The position numbers and the translations under genes are program-made. Below the pieces are notes generated by a model, which saw nothing but the letters and a program-made list of their open reading frames with translations, was not told where the DNA came from and ran no database searches. A DNA stretch of 54,332 nt from a virus (taxonomy: Duplodnaviria > Caudoviricetes): the IMG/VR virus record IMGVR_UViG_3300033153_003825, positions 1 through 54,332 of that record. One strand, given 5' to 3'. Positions within the stretch are counted from its first letter, which is position 1. The number at the start of each line of letters is the position of its first letter. Below, piece after piece: positions 17,378 to 26,600 of the stretch.

Positions 17378-20191
17378 ATGCCACAGACCGACATTATCAT
17401 CAAGCTGGGTGGCTCCACCGCGAAGATGATTACGGCGAAGGCCACTGCCCTGGATCGGTTGGCCATGTCGGTGGGTAAGGTGAAAGCTGCCTTTACCGGA
17501 GGTCCTTTCCAGAAGGCCACTCAAGGAATGAAGGGGTTTAACAACGAAGTCCGTAAGGCCACCACTGGGGCGAGGCAATACGGAAAACAGGTCGAGAATG
17601 CAGGTCAACGTACAGACAGGTTCGGTACCAAGGTCAGCGGAGCGGGCAACGTCCTGGACCGATTCCGAATGCTGTTCATGCGTATGGTCAGGATCATGAC
17701 GGCGTTCTTGATAATCAGCACGATTACTCGGGCGGTGAGGGAGTTTACTACCACCCTCGCCAAGGCTCCGATGCAAATGGAGCTATGGAACAAGCAGCTT
17801 GTGGTTCTGAGCGGAAACGCGACCCTTGCTGCCGAACGGCTCGAACTTTTGAAGATAGTAGCCATTGAAACGCCGCTGGAGCTTCCCGACCTTTTTCAAG
17901 GACTGACTACGCTCCAGGCGTTTAATGTGGAGATTAGTGAACGCACGATCCCCCTTATGACGGACTTGGCTGCCGTCTCTGGCAGAACCTTCCAAGAGGT
18001 TTCGGAGGTCATTGGTAAGGTGATCGCGGGCTCTCCGACAGCGATCACTCGCTCGCTCCCCACGCTCGCCATCAACCCCATGGAGTTCAAGGCACTTGCC
18101 GCTGAACTGGGGTCCAGGTCCGAGGCTCTGTTCCAGATGATCCAAGAGAAGTTCGAGGGTTTTGCCAAAGAGTCGGCCACCACCGTTATCGGTGTAATCT
18201 CGAACATCAAGGACGCTTACTTTGTGATTATGGCCGACCTCGGTGAGGCCCTGATGGTCCCCTTGCGAGAGACGTCACAGGCCATCATGGACTGGCTGAT
18301 GCTGCTACGGGAAAGCCCGGAGAGGCTGCGTGAATTACAGGACAAGGTCATGCTTATCGGTGACGAGCTTGTTCAAATGACCAAAAGCGTATGGAGCGCC
18401 TTTGTCGCTGTAAACAAGTTCACGCAGGCCATCGGTGGGTTAAACGTCGCCGTAGGCACACTCCTCGGTTTTCTTGTTGGCCGTGCCCTGGCAGCGAAGT
18501 TTATCGCGCTGGCTGCGGCGGCGAAGACGGCGGAAGTCGGCCTTCTGGCGATGGTGCTCAGGTCGATGAATCCTTGGATTATTGCGGCGGGGCTCGTGAT
18601 GGCGTTGGCGGGACTCCTCTATGTGCGGTGGCAAAACCAGAGAGATGCGCTTCGTCTTGTGACTATGCGTCAGAGCGAGTTTGCCGATGAGCTTGCTCGC
18701 ACGAACAGGCTCATGGACAGGAGTATCGGCCTCGTGGACGCCCAGACTCGCGCCAACCAGGCCCTAACCATAACTAGCATGGCCATGGGACTGATAGAAG
18801 GTGCAGGGGATCCCGAACAACTTAAAGCCCGCATGACCGGGGCGCGGGCGGTCGTCCCGCACCTACCAAGTTCCGTTGCGGCTGAAGCGAGAGAGCTTGT
18901 TATGAGGCTCGACGTGGTAGGCTCGCGACTGGCAGAGCTTGAGAAGATCAAGGGGACGAGGAGCGGAAGGGCGGCTTTTGACTTCTTCTATGGCGAAGAG
19001 TTCGACAACCTCGTTAGGCGACGGGGGCAGCTTGTAGGTGAGTTGGCTGGCAAGTTCCAGGAAGCCTCGGGCATTATGGCTAAAGAGGCGGAAGAGATCC
19101 GCAAGGCGATGGAGGCACCGACCACCTCCACGGGAGATAAGGTTGTGGGCGGTGACGAAACGGACCCACTCGCGGAGTATCTCAAATTCTGGAGAGACAA
19201 CTTCAAGCCGATGATTGCTGAGTTCGACGTCCTCAAGGCCAAGTTCGATATGGGGTTGATTTCGAGAAGTGCTGCTCGAGAGCAGGCGTCGGCCATGAAG
19301 GAAATGGTGGAACGGTGGAGAGAGGGATTTCTGTTGATGGACTCGCCCGTCATGCAGCAAATCGGCCTGATGCTCAGTCCTGTGGTTTCCAATATGCAGA
19401 GCTTCATGGACGGGATTGACTCGGAGCTTACCGGGGAGTTCGCAGAACGCTTTACGGAACTGAAGCTCAAGATTGAATTGGGTATGGAACCGGGTGCGGC
19501 TACGACTGCGTTGACCGCCTTGAGGGACGAGTTGATCGAGATGATGCGAACCCTGGAGGATTCTCTTACGCCTGAAATGAAAAAGGCGTTCGAGGGGATC
19601 CTGCGAGGTATCAATGGTGCGATCGAGTCGCTGAAGCCCGAGGACATGAGTCAGGCCCTTGAGCAGGTGATGAGGATGGTGATAAAGCAAGGGGCCGATG
19701 CGATCTCTGATGCTCTGGCTTCGATGATCTCTCCCGAACTGGGGATAAGTCTTGGCCAGGCCATGGGTCAGTTGTTCTCAGCGATGCTGAACGTCATGGG
19801 TGATGCTATGATCCAAATGGGCATCGCAGCGAAGGTCATTCAGGAATTGTTCAAGGACGTGACGAACCCCGCTACGGCGGTAGCACTCATCGCTGGCGGC
19901 ATCCTGCTAAAGACGTTTGCGAAAGCTATCGGCGGAAGAATGAAGTCAGCAGCGCAGGGTGGTGGTGGTGGGAGCGGTGGGGGTGGTGGCGCGATCAATT
20001 ATCCGCAGTTCAGTCCCGGAGCCTACGGAGACAAACGCTCCTGGTATGTGACGATCAACGCCATGGACGCGGCGAGCTTCGAGCAAACGATCGCAAGGAA
20101 CCCGGTCGCGTTCGGTAGGCAGATTGCCGTGATCGCGAGAGAGGACAGAGCAACGGGCGGGCAGGCATATGGAGCCTTCCAGCCAGCGTAG
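17378..20191 (+). CDS. tail tape measure protein
   Basis: 937 aa, helical Ala/Met-rich; AIETPLELPDL tape-measure domain; central hydrophobic stretch. Confidence 0.92.
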   Translation: MPQTDIIIKLGGSTAKMITAKATALDRLAMSVGKVKAAFTGGPFQKATQGMKGFNNEVRKATTGARQYGKQVENAGQRTDRFGTKVSGAGNVLDRFRMLFMRMVRIMTAFLIISTITRAVREFTTTLAKAPMQMELWNKQLVVLSGNATLAAERLELLKIVAIETPLELPDLFQGLTTLQAFNVEISERTIPLMTDLAAVSGRTFQEVSEVIGKVIAGSPTAITRSLPTLAINPMEFKALAAELGSRSEALFQMIQEKFEGFAKESATTVIGVISNIKDAYFVIMADLGEALMVPLRETSQAIMDWLMLLRESPERLRELQDKVMLIGDELVQMTKSVWSAFVAVNKFTQAIGGLNVAVGTLLGFLVGRALAAKFIALAAAAKTAEVGLLAMVLRSMNPWIIAAGLVMALAGLLYVRWQNQRDALRLVTMRQSEFADELARTNRLMDRSIGLVDAQTRANQALTITSMAMGLIEGAGDPEQLKARMTGARAVVPHLPSSVAAEARELVMRLDVVGSRLAELEKIKGTRSGRAAFDFFYGEEFDNLVRRRGQLVGELAGKFQEASGIMAKEAEEIRKAMEAPTTSTGDKVVGGDETDPLAEYLKFWRDNFKPMIAEFDVLKAKFDMGLISRSAAREQASAMKEMVERWREGFLLMDSPVMQQIGLMLSPVVSNMQSFMDGIDSELTGEFAERFTELKLKIELGMEPGAATTALTALRDELIEMMRTLEDSLTPEMKKAFEGILRGINGAIESLKPEDMSQALEQVMRMVIKQGADAISDALASMISPELGISLGQAMGQLFSAMLNVMGDAMIQMGIAAKVIQELFKDVTNPATAVALIAGGILLKTFAKAIGGRMKSAAQGGGGGSGGGGGAINYPQFSPGAYGDKRSWYVTINAMDAASFEQTIARNPVAFGRQIAVIAREDRATGGQAYGAFQPA

Positions 20192-20200
20192 GAGAGACAG

Positions 20201-20620
20201 ATGGCCGTAGACTATAATCCAGGAAGCAATCCGTTTTCCGCTCAAGACGACTTTCCGTCGACCCCCGACGCCGTGGACCTGCCCGATGGTGTAGACGCGG
20301 TAGAGGCCGATTATTCTTACGAGGGGTCTGTTGATTTTGGAACGATCATCAACACCTCCTGGGGTGGCAAAGAGAAGAGGACGGCGAAGATCCCGAAGCG
20401 GCTGAGTTTCAATATCGTCTTTGACAACCTGACCCCCACAGACGCGAACACGCTTTGGAACCACTTCCTAGCGCAGGAGGGTCAACTTTACACCTTCAGT
20501 TATTTTGAGTACCTGAGCGAGGAGGAGTTCACTTGTAGGTACGACATACCCATGATGGATCGAGAGACGTTCCTGTTCGAGGCAGAGAAGATCGGCCTTC
20601 AGTTAATCGAGGTTTTGTAG
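20201..20620 (+). CDS. distal tail protein (lambda gpM/DUF2460-like)
   Basis: GGKEKR...LWNHFLAQEGQLYTFSY...GLQLIEVL; directly after the TMP. Confidence 0.75.
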   Translation: MAVDYNPGSNPFSAQDDFPSTPDAVDLPDGVDAVEADYSYEGSVDFGTIINTSWGGKEKRTAKIPKRLSFNIVFDNLTPTDANTLWNHFLAQEGQLYTFSYFEYLSEEEFTCRYDIPMMDRETFLFEAEKIGLQLIEVL

Positions 20621-23600
20621 ATGAGATCGGTCAGCAGCGCCATCCAGGCCATTCTGGACGCCGACCAGAGTCGACCCGTAACGGTCGTTAAGCTCACCCT
20701 GGTCGATGCGAGCGCCACCGTGATCTACGCGGCCACCGCTGCGGTGACAATCTCAAGCCAGGCATACCAGGGCGACCTGCTGGAACTCCCGCGTATTGTC
20801 GTTAGTGCTCAGGAGGGAATAGACCACATCGTTCTGAGGTTCGCCAACGCCGACTGGGCATACTCTTCCTACCACAACACGAACGACTTTGACGGGGCCA
20901 CGGCGGAGGTAAGCCAGTATTTCGCCACAAACGCCGCCTACACCACGTTCGAGGGGCCAGTAGCCCTCTTCAGCGGGACGATCTTCAGGCCAGAAGTCAA
21001 CGCTGAGGTGCTGACGCTGAACGTCATGGCCGACGCACGGATGGCGAAGGGTGGCAGCGTCGGTCGCGTCGTGACGAACCACTGTGGTTGGGACTTCGGT
21101 GACGTGGACTCGAACTGCGGGTACGTCGAATCAGCCACGGTCACGACAGGTGGTGCCTACACCCAGTCAACATGGATTCCCATTACAGGTTCGGCTGAGA
21201 CAGGGCAGGCTGGTGTTGCTCTTGAGCCATCTGATTATCCGTCCAACTTCGTCAAAATCGTGCGCGGCGGGAGCCCGGTCTACACGGACCTTCGGGTGAT
21301 TGAGGCGGACCTAGCCAACGGGCAGATCAAGTTAAACTCAACGCTTATCTGGAGCGGTACCCTGGTTGCTGGTGACAAAATCATTTATCAGGGGTGCCCC
21401 AGGGACACGATCCGCGAGTGTGGGCGTCGCTGGAAGTTTGCAGACTCCTCCCGACAGCAGGACAAGTTCGGTGGTATGGACTATTTCCGGGAGCAGTTTG
21501 GTAGGGCCGAGCCAAAGCAGGGAACCGTTGCCCAAATGGAGGGCGTGGTTGGGCACATCGTCCCGATCCCCTACGGCACACGCTGGACCACGCCGATGAT
21601 CGTGGGAGTCCACTCTAGGGCCGGGGGTGGCACAAAGGACTGGGCCTCATGGGGCACGGATCGCGACGGGCCGTTCGCCGTCTGTGTGATTGGTGAAGGC
21701 CCCCTTGATACTGGCCTCGAAGACGTCGAGGCCAACGTACTTCTCGATGGTGCGGAGATCCGGGCAAGCAAGTATTACGTGAATCAGGGCTGGGAAGATA
21801 AGTTCGAGATTCTAACTGGGACCACGTCTCAGGTACCGGCGGACTTCTTTCCGAAGTGGGACAGAAACAAGGCAATCCCAGGGTTTAGCGCACTTCGTAA
21901 CGTCGGGTATTTCATTATGGAGCTACCCGAAGGTTATGAACTGACTCCCCAGGTAACAAACACCGTGTGGGAAACCCTCCCGCAAGACTTTGGCGCTTGG
22001 ACCTTTATCCCAGGCGGGGCTGTCTCCCTTATACGCAGAACTCGCTACTGGAGCACACAGGTACCCGATGTCCAGTGTATGTATAAGGGGAAGAAGGTTC
22101 GGAAGTACGTCTACTCGGGGAGTAACCCTGTCAGTGGCGCGTATGAGTTTTCAAGGAATCCGGTGTGGCAAATCCTCGACGTTTTAATAGCACCCTACCG
22201 AGAGGACACCAGCGACCGTTGGTCTGCTGGCCTATCCGCAAACGCGGTGGATTTTGGTTCTTTTATCGATTGGGGCGACTACGCTGAGGACACGATTGGT
22301 GTTTACGATTTTGACAACAACTCCATCAATGTTGAGCGGTACCGTTCAGACCTCTATGTGAAGTCCGGCAAGCGCGGTGAAGTGTTGAAGATGCTTCTCC
22401 ACGCCTGTCGTGGAACGCTGGTGGCGAAGGACGGCAAGGTCGGCATTGTGCTAGACGCCCCCACTGGAGGGAAGGGCACGATCACCGGGGCCACCTCCAC
22501 GGTGATTACGGAGAGCACTAGGACCGGCCTAGTAGACTCGACTTGGCCTGACGGTGGGGTAAGCGGGCTTCTCACTGGGATGAGGGTCAAGATCCTGACG
22601 GGGACGGGCTCTGGGCAAGTAAGGACCATCGCCTCGAACACGAAGAACACCTTCACAGTCTCTTCGGCCTTCAGCCCAACCCCAAGCGTCGGCGGGACCT
22701 TCGCGATCTACGCCCTGGAGCTTACCACAGACAACGTGGGAGTGATCCAGGTACGGCACAAGAAGGCCCTCCATGAACTCACCAACCAGATAATCGCGAC
22801 CTGGCAGTCTACAAAGGATCAAGGCAGGAACGCTTCGGTTCCGATCCCGGACACCTATGAGGATGACCAGACACCAGGAAAGTACCACTTTGACAAGTTC
22901 GGCCTGAACGAGAAAACGGTGGCGATGAACGCCACCACCGAGTGGCAGCAAGCCGTTCGGAACGGGTGGTACGAGCTTCGTAGGGAGTTGGACCACAACT
23001 TCGAGTTCATCATCAGTGACCTCAATATCGAGGGCTTGGTGCTGGAGGTCGGGGATCACGTCCTCATCAATCATGACATCAGCGGGATCTCCAATGAGAC
23101 GGCCCGCGTTGCACGTATAGAGGACGGCGGACAGGCGACGTACACGCTGGCTTGTGAGCTTACGAGGGATCATGTTTACCTCGACTACCCGACTGACGAC
23201 TTCGATTCCGTAGACATTTCGTCCACGCTCACGCCGCCTCACGGGGTTCCGCCTCATGTTAGTGGCGTCTTAATCGACCACTACGTTGAGTTGGATGGCG
23301 AGCAGCCCTTGGTTGTGGTGGACTGGGATCAGCCCGAGTGGCAGTACGCGAATTGGTCGGTTGTGGTGGACTTCCGATACCAGAATCCGAATACTTTGAT
23401 CTGGACCGCTTGGACCGAGTTGGGTATTTCGCGCACCAGGAAGATCACCTTCCGGGCATCCAGGATAGGCATGGTCGAAGTGAGGCCGGTCCTCTTGAGC
23501 GGTGCGGGGATTCGCGCCGACGACCACCTTGAAAACGGCACTTCCTCTGGCAGTAATAGCCCTACCACCTTAAACGACACGACCAAGGCGTGGGTTGTGG

Positions 23601-26600
23601 ATGAATGGGACGGCTGCGTTGCGGAGATCATATCCGGGACTGGGGCCGATGCAGACGATCCGATTCGGGAGATCGCGAGCAACACCGCCACACAACTAAC
23701 AGTCACTTCAAGCTGGGACATCACCCCAGACGGCACGTCGGTTTACGACATCTACGTGGCGGCTCCGGTGGTGCAGGAACAGATTACGGCTGGAATTGGA
23801 TACGGCTTCCCTTACCTGGACGAAGATGACGGCGACCTCTACCTGCATCCGGGATGGGAGCTTGGCCTGGGGTGCAAATACTTAGACTCCGACACTGCCC
23901 CCAGTAAGAACGACGTGGTCACGACCGGGTCCATCCTCTTGTCTGACGGTGCCCCCGAGGGGGGCACGAACATTCATACCTTTACGGGGGACGGGGAAGT
24001 ACGGTACGTCGGTATTGTCTACTACTTAGACGAAGCCTGTACGCAGGGCGAGAGCAACCTGACCATTCTCCGGCACACCTATCACGAGAAGGACAACCTT
24101 CCAAGGGTCGTCTGGTTCCCCTACATCCCAGACACGGTGGGAAAGGAAGGGGTCAGGTTCGTAGCCACTGACGACGGCGCTCAGGTGAACTTCGGGTATG
24201 CCGTTATTGATGAGGGCGCGGGGGATCCGTCGTGGCCGTCTGGGTACACGACCTCTGGCCTCACGTCAGACCCGTATGTGGAGGACGTTGAAGTAACAAA
24301 ACCGGCAGAGGGCGGTACCCGCAAGGTCATCGTCTTCAACTGCGTGGACGCCGAAGAGAATATGTATCGTCCCACGGACGACCCTGGCCGCGTCTACGTC
24401 GATGGAAACTCTTGGCCGAGTGGGTATTGCACTTACGACATTGAGCCCGACTACACCCCCGTAATCACGCCGCAGGCCATCGAAACGGACACCTTGTCTT
24501 GGCGCTTCCGGGTTAAGAAAACCAACATCGGCTCTGAGTCGTGGGATGCGATCTCGTGGAATGACGCCACCTCCGGTGAATACTCTGGGAACACCTTCGT
24601 TCCCCAGTACATGACCAGCTATACGATCGCTCCGACCGAATGCCTGAATGTGGAGTGTGTGTTCCTGCGGACTTCTGCGACGGACGATACGACACAGAAC
24701 GCATCCATGAAATCGGTAGCGATGCGCTTCACGATCTACCCATTCTTCGACACCGTGATTCCGACCGTTCAGGTGTACCTCGGTCAAGTGGGGTCGGTAG
24801 GAAACATTTACCTGGTCATCAATGACCCCAAGGGCTTTGTGGTCGAGACAGCATTTAAGGCGGTGGAGAACTGGGATGGCGAGGACTTCGACGACCCCAC
24901 AGACTTGACTTGGAACCGGGACACTTCGCAGCCCTACAACCTCACCGAGACGGTCAACCTGGGCGAGGACCACAACAGCCTTATCGCCTGGGCGGTGGGC
25001 TACGACCTGGACGATGGCAACGGTACGGTCTATGTCCAGGGGTCGAATGTTTACGACCTAGACAAAATTCCTGTTGTCTTTGGTGCCCTTCATGTGAACG
25101 CGGGTGGGTCCGTTTACCTGTCAATCAACGGGCGCGAGGACCTGAAGTCCGTTCAATACAAAACTTCCACCACCTCTATGCCTACCGACGTGACGGGCGG
25201 GACGGTGATTAACGGACGCTCCACAAGCACAGAAATCGAATCCAGCTTGGCCGACGACGCGACCCTTTACGTCCGCGTTCGGGGCTACAACGCAACAGGC
25301 GGTTCCGCTGGAGGTGGGGACGCTTCGACAGAGGACTGGTTCGGGCAGGTCACGAATCTACTGAGTTCTCAGGTTCCTACCGTTCAGCCCTACGCTTCAC
25401 AGAGCGGATCCACGGGGACGTTGGATCTTGTGGTTTATGACCCCGACAGCGTTCTTGTCGCCACCTCCTATGAGGCCCAGTCCGGGGGTGGTGATTTTGC
25501 GCTGGACGCTGACCCGGTGAACTGGACCGGGTACGACAATTCGTCACCCTACGATCTTGATTATGACGTCACTTTGGTTGAGGCTCACACGAGCTTCATC
25601 GCCTGGGGAGTGGCGTACAACCGTGGTGCCGGGGTGAAGTGGATCACCGGATCCCACACGTTCGACTTGAACATTATGCCTAGTGGTATGGGCACCTCCG
25701 TAGTCTACTCGAATGGTAACGCCTCTTGTGACCTGTTCGGTGATGAGGATACGGCAAGCTGGAAAGTCGCGGCCTCTACTTCGGCGTTCCCCAGTGCCAC
25801 AACTGTCAGAGCCGCTGGCGCGGACGATGGTCAGAACCTCACAGCTTCCGATGTGGGTACGCTTCTAACCGCTTCCAGCGGGGACACGATTTACTATTCC
25901 GCGTTTCCGTACTCTGCGGTGACTGGAGGGGGCACCGAAGGGTCGATTGTGCAGTTCATCGGGAACTACTTTGACGAGGACACGTCAACCGATCCACTGA
26001 CGCCGAAGGTGTTCGTAGTCCCCAGTCAGTCGGGTTCTACGGCCACGCTCAGTCTGACGATCCGGGATGAGTACCTGAAGGTCACGGACATAGAGAAGCG
26101 GACGAAACAGGGGGACGCGGCCTGGAGTTCCTGGACAGACTTGACAGGTGGTAGCGGGACCATCGGAGTAAACGAGGACCTGACCCGTTCCCAAACCGTA
26201 ACGATCGAAGAGAAGCACAACTCAGAGATAGGCATTCGGATCGAATGGACGGATGAGGAGAGCGCCAACAGGTATATCTACTTCAGTCATACCTTTGACT
26301 TGGACACGATCCCATCCGTAGTTTGCGGACTCTCCCTCACCCTCTCTCAGGCCCAGCTTGCGTGGATTGGTGACGAAGACCTGGCGTCCATCAAGTATCT
26401 GGTGTCCACATCCTCCATGCCCGCAGATGTGTCGGGCGGGACCTCGGCCAATGGGCGGAACGGCAGCGAGGAGCTTTTAGGTACGCTCACTCTGAATCAA
26501 ATCATGTACGTCCGGGTCCGGGGCTATACCAGCACTGGAGCCACGGGCACGGAGTCAGCGGAGGATTGGTTGGGTACGATCCGACGTGACTCCACGTTGA

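Noticed and set aside
15902-20623. In-frame stop-start junctions (TAG-GTG at 15902-07, TAG-ATG at 20618-23, also TGA-GTG at 43106-11) as stop-codon reassignment or readthrough
   Set aside because: Core genes are full length under code 11 and each downstream start has its own G-rich RBS; simple coupling explains them
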